A program made the translations under genes and the position numbers. This document shows positions 1-14,017 of a DNA stretch of 64,000 nt, one piece after another. Below the pieces are notes generated by a model, which saw nothing but the letters and a program-made list of their open reading frames with translations, was not told where the DNA came from and made no database searches. Source of the stretch: Lytechinus pictus (lineage: Eukaryota); contig NC_087245.1 of assembly GCF_037042905.1 (NCBI RefSeq), positions 20,336,001 through 20,400,000 of the forward strand, in the 5' to 3' direction. The stretch's first letter is position 1, and the number at the start of each line of letters is the position of its first letter.

Positions 1-181
1 TTTATCTTCCCAATTTGGGCGAAGTAAGTTCAGTAGTTACCATTTCTAGAATCAGTGTTAGATTTTGAATCACATTCATACATTTTTGTCAATCAGCAAT
101 ATCAAATTGACAAAAATTCGAATGGGTTGGGTCGAACGAATATCTTTAGCCCTCCTGATGTAATTAGGCTCGTGGAACCTA
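1..181. repeat. Right end of an interspersed element; identical to 1459-1639
   Basis: Direct sequence match, offset 1458. Confidence 0.9.
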
Positions 182-603
182 TATTATATGACATATGTAT
201 TTTTTTTTTTTGAATAGCTACTTTGCTATTCTTTTATATCTGTACACTCACACTAGCACAAAGAAATGCATTGAAAATGCCTATTTTCTATGCAATGACC
301 CATTTTAATGTGTTACCCATACATGTTATTTTCACTATATATGGATGTATACAAATTCTACCTGCATAGAGCCCAACAGTGAATGCAATGACAATATAGG
401 TCCCTGTCAATTGTAATATAAAGGTGTATGTAAATTCTGTGTAGATATCAGGATACCAGAACTGCCCCAAACATATATACATGAGATTGGATGAGGAAAC
501 AATAAAAGAATGAGATACTACTTTATTATATTTGCATTTGACCTATTCAAAATCTTCCTAGGGCTGTTGCCTCTCAAATGTAAGAAGGATAATATATACA
601 TAA

Positions 604-638
<35 letters not shown>

Positions 639-1170
639 AAGATAATTTTATAAATGACATGGTTTAATAAAGAGGGGGGGGGGGGCTATACTAAGATTGC
701 AGCACACAGCAGCCCCCCCCCCCCCTCCCTCCTTAGCTGAGCACTATTAGATACCTTACCTTACTCTGTGCCCTTTTCTAAATACCTTCTTGAAGGTACC
801 ACTCTAGTTCTCTTCAGTAAAGTTTTTAAAGTTCTATCTCCTCTCTACCTACCCCCTTCCTAAGAACAATTTTAACATGAGCAATTTCTAAAGGTCTTTC
901 TTATGCTAAGTAGGTGATGTACACTAACACAAAACAATGATAAATCAGAACATAAAGAGGCCTTGACTCTATACATTGACCAATCTACATACATTCCTAG
1001 GCTACACAGACCTACTATAACTTTACCTGATGTAGCTCTGCTAGCCATTAAATCCATTTTTTTGCACCACTAGATGACTAAACATATTGATATCAGTGAG
1101 AAATTGTTTGCTACTGAAGAGTTTGGCCAGGTATTCCATCCACTACTAGCTAGATTTCTCATATTACTTA

Positions 1171-1639
1171 CAGGTGTCACGCGCGTAAAACATTCCCCAT
1201 AGACTTGTGTGTTAAGATGGCACTTTTGAAAAATTCATAAAAAATAAATGTGAAATTAGAGGGTGGAATGTTTACTACCAATGGATAGGATATATATCTG
1301 ACATTCCAAATCTGACCAGGAAAGGGTACCGTAGCCAGCTCATTTTAAAAATAAATCGCCATTTATGAAGATAACTATGAATCGATCGAATTCTTCAACT
1401 GAAACAGTAAAATAGCCCTAATTATTCCGCCAGTCAAAAAATAGTTCCAAGTCACTTATTTATCTTCCCAATTTGGGCGAAGTAAGTTCAGTAGTTACCA
1501 TTTCTAGAATCAGTGTTAGATTTTGAATCACATTCATACATTTTTGTCAATCAGCAATATCAAATTGACAAAAATTCGAATGGGTTGGGTCGAACGAATA
1601 TCTTTAGCCCTCCTGATGTAATTAGGCTCGTGGAACCTA
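1171..1639. mobile_element. About 470-bp non-autonomous element with imperfect TIRs
   Basis: CAGGTGTCACG ... CGTGGAACCTA; its right end is repeated exactly at 1-181 with a different flank. Confidence 0.6.
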
Positions 1640-1887
1640 CTGAGCCCTGTTGTTTCCGAATCTCCACAAGTGATAGAAAATAATCGTAGATGGCGCTATA
1701 TAATTCACATGCAATCGAAAACTTTGTCGTGTCTGTCTTTATACTACCCCAAGGCCGTCACCTTAATTTCATGAACGTATGATTAAGTCCCCCAAAGCTG
1801 TTAAGTTCTGTTGTTGAATTTGCCTATTGTTGGGAAAATAACGTTTTAATTGCATATTTCGGTAACAGTTGACCCCGTATGAGTTAA

Positions 1888-3071
1888 GCCCCTTTCACAA
1901 TTGACGTACGACCTGTTTACGACCACCTGCAACAGTTTTTTCTTGTTGCTGCACGATCTATCCCTTGGTGTCTTGCGAGCACTCGCAGTCGTTGTAGACG
2001 ATCGCACAAACTCGAGGTGGTCGGAGGTGATCGTGACTGGTCGCATCTGAACTTTGAACATGTTCAAAATCCAAACGCGATCAAATACGATTGATTCACT
2101 CGCAACAGGTCGTACCATCGGTCGGGCGATCATCGTGTGAGTGTTGTTCAACGTTGTACGACTTGGTGCGAGAGGTGGTACAACTAAGTATAGTCGCATT
2201 TAGTCGACTGGAGGTCGTACAACACTTGCACATGTGCTGGAGACCTACAGAGACCAGTCTTGCGACTGGGTGCGATAGTATGAGACTGTTGCAAGATTGA
2301 TCGAAATTACGGCTTACTACATTCCACTACCGTTGCATTCGCATGTATGCGACCGTTCAGCCCCTTTCACAATTGACGTCCGACCTGTTTACGACCGCCT
2401 GCAACAGTTTTTTCTTGTTGTTGCACGATCGATCTCTTGGTGTCTTGCGAGCACTCGCAGTCGTTGTAGACGGTCGCACGAACTCGAGGTGGTCGTGACT
2501 GGTCACATCTGAACTTTGAACATGTTCAAAATCCGAACGCGATCAAATACGATCGATTCACTCGCATCAGGCCGTACCCGGGGTCGTACCATCGGTCGGG
2601 CGATCATCGTGCGAGTGTTGTTCAACGTTGTACGACTTGGTGCGAGAGGTGGCACAACTAAGTAGTCGCATTTGCTTGACTGGAGGTCGTGCAACACTTG
2701 CACATGTGCAAGCGACCTACATGTACAGAGACCTGTCTTGCGACTGGTTGCGATAATAATGTGGGCCTTAAGACTGTTGCAAGACCGATCGCAACGGCTT
2801 ACAACATTGCACTACCGTTTCATTCGCATGTATGCGACCGTTCCACTCGCAATCCCTCGTGCAACACTCGCATGTGATCGCACGAGCACAATAAGAGCAT
2901 ATGCGACTTACTCGTGCAACGGGGTTTACTGGTTGTTTTTGTTGTACGACAGCTGTTGCAACTGTGAAAGCCTCTGTGCGATCTTATGAGATGACTAGCG
3001 ATTGATGCCTGTTGCAGCCTGTCGCACGACCAAAAGGTCGCAAATGGTCGTACGTCAATTGTGAAAGGGGC
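1888..3071. mobile_element. TTAA-flanked non-autonomous DNA transposon with internal duplication
   Basis: TIR GCCCCTTTCACAATTGACGTACGACC and its perfect inverse at the right end; TTAA on both sides (1884-87, 3072-75); CpG-rich; the left ~470 bp is repeated from 2359. Confidence 0.85.
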
Positions 3072-5403
3072 TTAAAGGAGCTTTATCGGCACATCTTGGT
3101 TTCTTGGTTATAAGGTTCTGTTACAAAAATGTGCATTTAGCAAAATGCTGTTAAATTGTACATTTCGGTAATTTACCAAAATGTGTCGTAACAGGAGTTC
3201 GAGTAAAAAATATGTGATTTATTTAGAACAAGATTTTCCCGTCAATAATAGCACCAAACAAAGAGTAAAAAGTAGAGGGAAGTTCAGGATACGGAACAAC
3301 CAATAAAACACACTATATGTAAAGCGAGAATAGTTATGAAATACTATACCAACGAAAAATACGGTTTCGTTTGGGTAATTTCCAAAATGGAAACATAAAA
3401 AAAAGCTTGTCTTACTTTTATCTTTCATTCTATAATTTCATAGATCATCTCGAAAAAAAATAAAGTTTTTCATATCTTTCTCATTGTCTGTCAAATATCT
3501 TTTCAAATATCAGTGTACAGTAATAGTTTTTACCATTCATGTAAGTAATTGTTAAAATACATTAAAACCTTGCAAGGTAAAGATTTGTACAGGTACTGGC
3601 TTGGTCTTTTGAAGCATAGATTTTAATCGACGAAAAATATTTTAGAAATAATCTGTATTCACAGTCTAAACATTATCATTAATGGCGGCTGTATTTCATT
3701 TGTAAAGGGCGCCAGCTTATGACTCCTCTTTTATAAGTGGAAATTCACGTTGGATTTTGGCTGAACTTCCTGCCATCACCACTCCATCAGACCGTTTCAA
3801 ATTACCCAAATTCTTTAAAACTAAAGTAATAACTAAATAAAAGGTCTTGACATTTCCACCGTTGAAAAGTGGAGGTAAGTAGTCAGTTGCGTTGGCCTTA
3901 CCTTTGCAAAAAATTATTTCATGTACTCCACATAAGGTTTTTCAATAAATAAAATGACTCACGAATCTATATCTATGAAATTTAGGCTACAGCTTATCCC
4001 ATAGTATTTGAAGTCTAAGTATACATTTTGACACCATTTTACTTGTGTTTATTGAAAGGAAATGAATTTATGTTTTAAAAGACAAATAAAACCTTTTAAT
4101 GTTATTCAATTTGCCTCTTTGCTATTCAAACAGATTGTGAAAATAACACTCTGAAACTCATCCTAACGCACACACACACTCTCGCACGCACGCACACATT
4201 CACGCATATACATTAGGTATGATAATGCATAACTCACCCTTGAAAAAAACCACACGCATTTACGAATATATTTATTTTCTATTATTTATTATCATTATCA
4301 TCTATTATTATTTACTTATTTATCTATCATTATTTTTTGCTTATTCATTTGATTAATTAATAAAAACAAAAAAATTAATAAATTATTATTATTATTATTT
4401 TTTTTTTTTGGGGGGGGGGGTACATTAACTCCCCGACTGATTTTAGGGATATTGCCTTTCACTTTCGTACTGTAATCGGGGGATTCCCCCACAGAGTTTA
4501 GGATAACAACATTTAGGAGTCAACAGGAAATTCAAATGAGTTCAAAAGAAACATAATTAGTTTTTAATGGAAGCTATGTCTTTCTTGTGTTGCTTTTCAC
4601 TCTCCTACCACTTGTTTTCTTTAAATTTCGATATGCCCATACACCTGTAAGTCCTTTGCGCTCTACCTTCGCGATTTCCATCTTATTTCAATATCCATTC
4701 GAGCAGTTCATGAACCTTACTGTTGGCACTAGTCTTCTTAAGGGTATAAATATTGATAAATGTCACAGAGAGGCAATGGTTTTCTAGTCTTCTCCCCTAC
4801 GTAGATTTTTTTACTCTCATTATGGTTTATGGTTGCAATTATGACCATCGTATAACCCGTTCCTTCATATAACGCAGCTACATGTACGTCAGTACACTCA
4901 GTAATGAATCTTCATTTTCAAATTAACCCCCACTCGATAACTCTAGAGAAAAAATTGATGATCTTTCCATTGACTTAAAATGAATGTAGTTCAATCAATA
5001 TTTGCCTAACCAAATTACTTTAAAATAGTGATAGGGATCAAGAAAATACTACTAATAAAGATTATTTTAATAATATATAGATGTTTTAACAAGAATTTCA
5101 AAGCGATGTACAATATATTTTAATGTCACGTATATGGCATTAAAATTGAATCAAGAAAAATAATTAAATTATCTCCGTAACAACACTTGATAGTAATAAT
5201 AATAAAAGCATTGATAGATAATAATGATATCGATAGTAATGATAATAAGCATGTAAGACAAACAAAGTAGTCTATTTGACCAGGATGAAATAAGAGAGTC
5301 TCACAATAATGTACTGGATGTGCACTTCTAATGATTTTTTTTTCTCAGTTGGCCAAGTAATTCAAAACAACGAGGGCTAAAATAGACTCTGCAGAATATG
5401 TCA

Positions 5404-5620
5404 TACACTCTAAAAAAGGTTTACCCAATATTGGGTAAAATGGGAACATGCATGTTGGTTTGGTAAAAAGATACCAAATATTTTGTAAATTTTACACAAT
5501 TTTGCGTTGAAATATACATTAAAAACATGCATTTAGCCCCATATGGAATACCCAACAAACATGCATGTTCCATTTGTACCCAATATTGGGTAAAATTTTA
5601 CTGAGTGATTTTAGAGTGTA
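5404..5620. mobile_element. Palindromic TA-flanked MITE (CACTCTAAAA termini)
   Basis: TACACTCTAAAA...TTTTAGAGTGTA, with internal inverted TACCCAATATTGGGTAAAA and GGAACATGCATGTT blocks. Confidence 0.8.
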
Positions 5621-8600
5621 ATAAATACGAAATGGTTTTTAATCAGATGAGACATAGCAGGCTGAGTACAAAGGAAGACAGAATTTACTGTTGACTGGCC
5701 TCATCAATGCAGAAAAGTGGTATGGAAATGCAAAGGGCAGATCCTGCGGGAGAAAATGTTGATGCAAAACTTCTTACGATATTCTTAATATCCGGACTTA
5801 CAAACAGCAAGACGATCAGAATTGTTTAGAAAAAAGATAAGGGATGTATCATCATTATCATCACAGATATTAGGATTCCACAGGATCGCATAATTTGGCC
5901 GAAAGAGAAATAGAAAATATTGAAGTATAACGACTTGACATTACAGCTGAAAAAATGTACATGTAGAAAGGGAAGGCTAGTGTGGTATACCAATAACAAT
6001 CGAAGCTTTGGGAACTGTACAACCAGATACGGAATCCTTTATACTGATACAAGAATTGATGTATCCTTTAAAATGATACAGAATTCAATCTTGATTGGGA
6101 CTCCTAATGCCTCATAGACTCTATCCAACTAGAAATAAAAGTGAACAATGAAATTGACAAAAAAAAATGACGCTAATTTTCTTTCTGAAAGAATACAATA
6201 CCAGCAAAATATTCAGTTGCTGGAAAATGATAAAATTGCAAAAATAACATCAACTACGACAATAATACTAATAACACTAAAAATCCTTATGATAATGAAA
6301 AAATAGTAATAATGATGTTAGTAACAGTGATAATGATACTGATGAAAATGATAATAATCATGTTGATGATTATGATGATAGCCATAAAATAGTTTGCTGG
6401 GTCACACGGCTCAGGTAATTTTCAATTTATCTCATGGAATACTTACCCATCATGGATATAATCACCTAACCTAATTTGTACTGTCAGTGTCTATTGTAAA
6501 GGAAAGTCATCATTCATTATAAAGCGATGGCCTTGAAAAGTGTTGCTCATTTACATAGCAATGAACATGTCTACGACCTTCTCCCGTGATCAAATGGTCG
6601 ATGCCTCTTCAAGGAGTGCTGGTGTAGTAAAAGTACGACTTGGGTTGTGGTTTTGCTTTAGTTACCCCATGAACCATTAAAACCTGAGCGGTATGAAATT
6701 TATTTCAAGACATGTTGAGATGATTTTCCATGTTTTTCCCACTCTTTATGTAACATAAACGTACTACATTATTGCCTAATAATTGAAAATGAAATCTTAT
6801 TTTACCCTCTCCTTTTATTTTGATTCTTATTTTTTCTTGATCATGGAAATTTAGGAAGGCTAGTACACTCAAACTCCCATTTATATGCCATTAATCTCAC
6901 ATAAGATTCTCATGAATGCTAATTTTTCCCCCACACTTTTCATCGAGAAAAATACTAATACAATATCATACCGGCACAATAGTGACTGTATACATTGATT
7001 TAAAAAAAAAATCTCCTAAAAATAGTATCCGCTACAATAATTTTGGCAGAAAAAGATGTGCGATATGAGGGAATTTTATTTTTAAAAAGTGCATAATAAC
7101 TGTACTTTTAATATTGACGAAAATTATGATGATGATGAAAATGATGATGGTGGTGGTAGTGGAGATGATGACGATGCGGATATTGATTATGATAATAATA
7201 TATAATAAAGTTAATGCAATAAACGATATATTTCCTATGCAGTTTGCCAAGTACAAAAGGCTTCATTTAATCAAATATCAATTAGTCATCATAATCCAAA
7301 AAAGAATGACTACTAATATAATAAAAAGCTGAATTTCGTCTAATAAAATCGCGTTAATTACTTTTTATGGTGCGGTTTAATTAGAGTTAGGTAAAATTTA
7401 CGAAACAAACAAGGCTTAAACTCATCACACACTCATAATGAACACACTGTTCAATCTTATGAATAATGCACAAAGCCTCACTATTTCAAAGGTTGAATGC
7501 TTGACATTGGTGTCGAAACGAAGCTAATTAGTCAAGATTTTTTAATTGATACTGCCGTCAATTATGGGGTTCATTAGAAGACAAGAAAGGATTCAGGGAA
7601 TGAAACTCTTATCTTCCAATGTCCCCGAAATTAAATAGATTGGGAATTCAGTTGAGGAATAAAGGACGCTCTATAACTTAATAATAGTGGAAGCTAACCC
7701 CTGTCAAACTCATTACGGTAAAATAAAAAATCAAAACCCTTTGTCATTTTTTTCATTATAAAACGCAGCGATATAAACGATACAGGACAATGACCTTTAA
7801 GTTGGAGCTAAGAAAGCTAAACCATTGGTCAACTGCTAATTTCGTTAAATTCAATTAAGGCAGCCATAAGTGAGGAAAGTCTGTGGTCATGTGCTCGGTC
7901 CTTTTACGAAATCGCACCCCCCCCCCCTAAAAAAAAAAAAAAATCAGCGTCAGGCAATTTCTTTTTTGTTTTAGTTCAATTCAAAATGGAAAGGAACCAT
8001 TATTCTCTACCCCTCTCTCTCTTTCTTTATATATATCTCTCTCTCTCTCTTTCTCTCTCTCTCCCTTCCCATTCAGACTCCCAACATCTCTACAAAAATA
8101 GCAAATCTTCACTTTCTTTCGAGCTGGACAACAAATGAGGAAAACCAAATATTAAAGTTTGATAAGTAAACATAGTGACTTTAATTTACTCCTCCATATC
8201 TTGTTATCATGTGCTCTTCATGTTAAAAGTAAGTTTGGACATGGTACTGTCAATTGTAAAGAAACCCACAGATATCTCAAAATTGGTGCGTTTTACGATA
8301 AATCATGTTTTTGTACAATTAGTGGATATGTGCCGTCATGGCCGTGAATAACCTTTTAATTGTCCTTCCATGAACAGAATAATCTCAATAACAGAGAACG
8401 AACCGAAAGAACCATCGACGCATTTATTAAACTATCTTATCAAATTATTATTCAGCAGTCGTATAGATGACTTCAAACTGTATAGAAAATGAGCTTAATG
8501 CCCAATTTAAAGCGATAAGTGAAATTTACATGTTATATACCAGTCAAAAGCTTGTAATACAGAGCACAACACTGAAAGTGTATTTTCAACAACACTTGCA

Positions 8601-11600
8601 AGTTGGGTATTATTCTTAAGAGATCTCTAATTCAGGGGCTTGGACGTAACCTTATTTCATACAAAGCGAGATTGATTGAGATAACATGTGTTTGAATAAT
8701 AGATCGATTATTTTCTGATTTCCTACATTACGAATTCGTTTTGTTTTTTTAATAAATTACACTGAAATACGAAATATGTGCCTAAATATATGTTACATAT
8801 GCAAGTAAGGTTACAGCTCTTGGCCATTCTTAAAAAAGTTTTTCAGATTGTATTTTGCTAAGATTGATATATCGGGCAAACTCGTACAAAAAAAAAACTA
8901 AATAAATTTGCTCCACGACAATATCAGAATATCATTTAAGTAAATGATTAACATCACATGCTACTAACGTTTTGCTTCATAACTTCAAATTTGTTCAAAG
9001 TGCATGTCATTACATTAAATTTGATGACAAAACGATCAGATATTCACCTTGCCTTCATTAAACAATGCTATTCTGAATCAATCAATGCCTCTGTTACATC
9101 ATATCAATAAATCAGTCAAAAATATTATTATTCCAAGATGAACTATCAATTTTTATAGACACGTATATCGATATACAAAAATATTTCCCTCACAGGTTTG
9201 AAAGACGCAGTATTTCAAAGACTAAACAATGTGATTAGACACAGTGCGCACATAATGCAATATAAGAAAATGTGTAGAAAATTACTGACAAATTTCGCAC
9301 AATATGACAATACATTACACAATATATATATACACGGACGGTGTACATTAATACCATAAATTTTCTTGTAGACTTTTAACACTTACTTCTTCAGTGTGAA
9401 TATCTACTTCGAGGACGAAATTAAATAAGCATTTTCAACATTTACATGTATATAAGGTTATAAATTTCAAGGAACATATATATATGTAGGTCAGGTGATC
9501 TTGGTTAAAATGTAAGAACCGGTAATGCAGGAATAATAATGGTAGCAATAATTGAATTCATTGCAATGTTCGGCGCATAATAAATACCGTAACAAGGGAT
9601 AAATATGACATTATTTTGATACATTTTGCCTCACAATAATACTACTGAATTAGAAAGTGTTAATAATTGGGCTAAATAGTACATCATCAAGGGTAAGTTT
9701 GTATTGGCATATGAATGAAATTTAATATGAAATTTAGTTTGATAGTTTTTAAAGGGTGTGCACGATCCTGTTTACTCCATTGAGGGGGGGGGGGGTGAGA
9801 ATGATCACATAATATTCTACACATCTGCAACTCAAACATTCCCTTAAACCGGGTTTCTATTATGGGAGTACTTTTCAATACCAGTTTGTCAGATGCACCG
9901 GTATAATGTAGGCCTATATTCATACAGTGATGTAATCCCCCCCCCCCAATATGAGGGGTACGATATGGCGTGTGAGGGAAAATTTGAAGACGTCGCGAGC
10001 AAATGTTATACATTTTCAAAATGAAAATCTAGTTTTGTGATATATTTTGACATAATATTAAAATTAGTATTGAATTAAACCCCTTTCTATCATTTTTGTC
10101 GATCTTCAATTATTTTCTCGGACTTGGACTAAAAAAAAATGGGGGGGGGGGGGAGTGGACCCAAACCCCACAACTGTACGCAGCGTATTTATGTAGAAAT
10201 GTCCCATTTATTAAATAGTTGCATGAATGAAACCGGTTTTAAAAGGTGTGTTTGTGAATTTCAGTTGATAATTTCTCTCACATTTTGATTACAAGGTTTG
10301 CAGTAAAGCTCTATGCAGAAATAATGAAAAAAAAAAACCCAAAACAGAGACAGTATATTGAAAAACTTTAAGCTGATGTGTAGTTTAAAAGGGTATGGAG
10401 GTGGGGCTAAGCGTAATATTATTGAATGGGTGTATCTTTTATGGTATTTTAATAAATTGATGCTTGAAAGGCACATGTATATTCCATAAACTGGTGGAAG
10501 GCGGAAATTATGAAATAAGAGAAATGTGTAACTATAAGAAGCAATACGGACAGGGTGTGCCTACATAAACCCGTGTATTACTCATGCACATAAACGCACC
10601 CTCTCATCTCAACGCACACACCCACGTAACCCCATTGGCCACGAGAGTGCGTTACGAGGGAATAGCTACAAGTTGTCTCTTTAATTATACATAGGTCAAT
10701 CCAATACACAATTTTAATTATTCTTCGTCACCAGTTGACAAAGAGAATACATCCAAAGTAGAGTACGGTGATGATATATTTTTTTTTTCAACTGGCAATA
10801 TTATGCAAATGGCAAATTTGTCACAGACACAGCTTAGGGTTTCCATTTCATAAAGTTGAATAGGTAAAATGGTGAAGTTTTCTAGGTTACTTTATGATTC
10901 TACCCGCAATATAATAAATTATTTTCGATCGATGAATGCACTTGTCAGTGACATAACACGGTTCAGTTGTCTATGACGTGATGATTAACAAGTTAAAAAA
11001 AAGAATAGGCCAGCAAATTTACGGTGTTTCAAATATTGGTCACACAATTCTTAAAAGCAAGTAATGAGTAAAAGAATTACACCGAAATGAATATTACTAA
11101 TTACTTGAACTTGAAATGAAATACGTGTGGACAGCGTGTGGTTACACATAATATAAAATTGATATTTGACAATAAAATATTTATGAATCAGTGATGTGAA
11201 CTTTGAATATTTATAAAGAACCACTATCGGAAAAGTGACAAGTGTCAGGGTCAGACGAGCAGTTGGTTTTTGTGAATGTGATCATATTGCTAGCCCCACC
11301 GCTTAGTTCTCATATTTAAGTTTAAATAATATTTCTGAGTGTGCTGACCATTCGTAATGGAAACCATGGTAATATATTTTAATAATGTGCCATTCACAGG
11401 TTAACAAATGTATCTTAACGTCCATGAAATGGGTAAAATGGGTAAAATTACTACATAAATACTAATGTGCAAGTATCTACTTTTGTGTGGTATATACATT
11501 AAGGCGAGGTAGCCTAACCATCATTATTGCTTCTGTGGCAAACATGATTTCACTTGGAAAAGGCACGTATCAAATAATCAAACATACAATAATATAATCA

Positions 11601-11959
11601 TCAATCGCAGACAGTGTAAGCAAATGAAATACCTTAATCTTTTGTTCATTTATAATTTGTAATTTCTTATGAAGCTAATACTTATAAAATTGAATTTGTT
11701 CTGTACAGCTTAATGAAAATAACACAATGTTTAGATAATATTTGAAGTTAAACCTCATATGATATAAATATTATTATTTACATTTAGTCTCAACATATCA
11801 TATTATATCAACATAGTATATCGAAGCTATTGCACTAAGGTCTACATCATCGTGAAGGAAAAGTGTTTGAGGAAAAAGGTACATCTATTGGAATATACTT
11901 AATTGGTATTAACTATTTAAAAATAATATAGATTTTCAAAATACAAAGGCAGTCAGAGA

Positions 11960-12815
11960 ATAGAATTTTTGTTCTGTTAGAAATAACAGTCTCGCTTGCA
12001 TTACGCGATTCAATATAGCAGCAGTGCTGAATTTGAAAATTACTATAAAATAATTATTTACAGAAAACCCCATTCATACAACGATATAATACTACGTTCA
12101 TTGACCCTAAATGACATTTGACCTTAATCGTGTGACAAAAGACTTGTCAGTGATACTTGATCAGTGATTACCCCTATATCCACATTTCGTAAATGTTATC
12201 CATAAACTTTCAAAGTTATGATGGTAATTCAACAAATACCCCCAATTTGGGCAAAATTCACTGACCTAAAATGACCTTTGACCTTGATCATGTGACCTGA
12301 ATCTCTCACGGGATGTTCAGTGACACCTGATTACTCTTATGTCTAAGTTTTATGAACTAGATCCATAAACATTCAAAGTTATGATGGTAATTAAACAAAT
12401 ACCCCCAACATAGCAAAAGTTCATTGACCTTAAATGACGTTTGACCTTGGTCATGTGACCTGAAACTCGCTTGTGATGTTCAGTGATATTTCATTACTCT
12501 TATGTCCAAGTTTTATGAACTAGATCCAAAAAAATTCAAAATTATGATGGTAATTCAACAAATACCCCCAACTTGGCCAAAGTTCATTGACCCTAAATGA
12601 CCTCTGACCTTTGTCATGTGAACTGAAACTCGGGCAGAAAATTCAGTAATACTTGATTACCTTATGTCCAAGTTTCATGAACTAGGTCCATATACTTTCT
12701 AAGTTATGATGACATTAAAAAAAACTTAACCTTGGTTAAGATTTCAATGTTGACGACGACGCCGTCGGAAAAGCGGAGCACATAGTCTTGCTCTGCTATG
12801 CACGCGAGACAATAA
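11960..12815 (-). mobile_element. Helentron-associated (HINE/DINE-1/Tsp-like) element, copy 1, four ~163-bp tandem units
   Basis: Subterminal IRs GTCTCGCTTGCAT (11989) and ATGCACGCGAGAC (ends 12810), terminal stem-loop, (GAC/GCC)n microsatellite, internal tandem array; homologous to 19395-20510. Left boundary approximate. Confidence 0.75.
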
Positions 12816-13522
12816 AACAGTCTAAAAATATTTAATAACTTTAGTACGAAATATATCAAGCAAATATGTATGAGAGCCCTGGATGCAAAATGGCTCAGTG
12901 ATTAATGGAAGTGGTAAATTCCAAATTCTAGAGAACAGGTATCAGGACAATCACATACATATTTATCAAAAATGATATCAAATGTAAATGTATAGTACAC
13001 ATTACGTTTATCTGCATTAGATATGAAAACATTTTAGAATGGAGTTAATGAATGAAATTTGCTAATTTAAAACAGTCTGATCAATCAATTCAATTCTTGC
13101 ATTGCCTAACCTGCCACGATCAGTGCTTGACTTTTTAGTCATTTTATTAACATCATTCGCAGTATCAATGACTCGTTGTCCTATAAACAATTGTACTATA
13201 TTTGAATTCATATTTTATAATTTCTAGTTACCATAGAAAATGCTCCCTTGCAAGGTATTACACTTTCATTATAATTGTATAATGATTATATAATAAACTT
13301 CAAATGTGCAATGGTAAAATATCTAGTTTTACAACATATTTTGTAATCTAAGTATAGTGTTTAAGATGTAATTACAATGTTAATAAATGAAGATTGACTT
13401 TGGTCTCATAAAAATTGTATATTGTAAAACTTCACTTTCTTACTTGGGTTCGTGTTAAACTTCACAACTCAACTGAAATTCGGAACTTTATGAAAGGCTT
13501 TAATCTAAAGCAAAAGCTTTCA

Positions 13523-14017
13523 TTAGTTAGTATCCATCTGTTCAATTTCTCTCATAAGCCTTTCGTCATCGTCGTCCCCCTTCTCGCTATCTTTCTTCTC
13601 AGAGGACATCTCTACGTCCCCATCATCGTCCTTCTCATTGTTCTCAAAGTCATTCTTCTCCGGGAGGCTATCCTTATCTGCCTTATTGTTTTCTTCCATC
13701 TGTCCCTCCATCTCCGCTTCCTCTTTTTTCTTCTTCTCAGCGTCTCTCTTTTCCTTCAGCTTCTTAGCAGTCTCGAGCTTCTGCTGATCCAAAACTTTCT
13801 TGGCCTCGATTTTGGCTTGCTTGGCCTTTTCTTTTTCCTGTTTGGCTTTCTCCTTCCGCTCTTTCTCTTTCTTCTTCCTCTCTTCCTTTTCCTTTTTCTT
13901 TTTCTCCTTCTCCTCCTCGTCATCACCAAAGCTGGTGATCTCGTCTTTGATGTCAGCGCAGTCATAGATGTTCACCGACCCATCGAAAGATGAGGTAGCA
14001 AGCTTTCCGTCCAGCAA
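13523..14017 (-). CDS. WDR86: WDR86-like, last coding exon (end of WD repeat 8 plus E/K/D-rich tail)
   Basis: CATCAG| acceptor (phase 0); LLDGKLATSSFDGSVNIYD completes WD8, followed by a highly charged tail to the stop at 13523. Joined CDS is 1632 bp, 543 aa. Confidence 0.85.
   Translation of the reverse strand: MLDGKLATSSFDGSVNIYDCADIKDEITSFGDDEEEKEKKKKEKEERKKKEKERKEKAKQEKEKAKQAKIEAKKVLDQQKLETAKKLKEKRDAEKKKKEEAEMEGQMEENNKADKDSLPEKNDFENNEKDDDGDVEMSSEKKDSEKGDDDDERLMREIEQMDTN

Noticed and set aside
1846-2989. Cluster of short ORFs
   Set aside because: They lie inside a GC-rich non-autonomous element and show no transposase motifs.
5640-6250. Possible decayed LINE reverse-transcriptase fragment (also ~40740-41150)
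   Set aside because: No diagnostic motif recoverable by eye.
13415-13993. 192-aa Leu/Phe-rich ORF resembling a membrane protein
   Set aside because: Reverse complement of the E/K-rich WDR86 tail.
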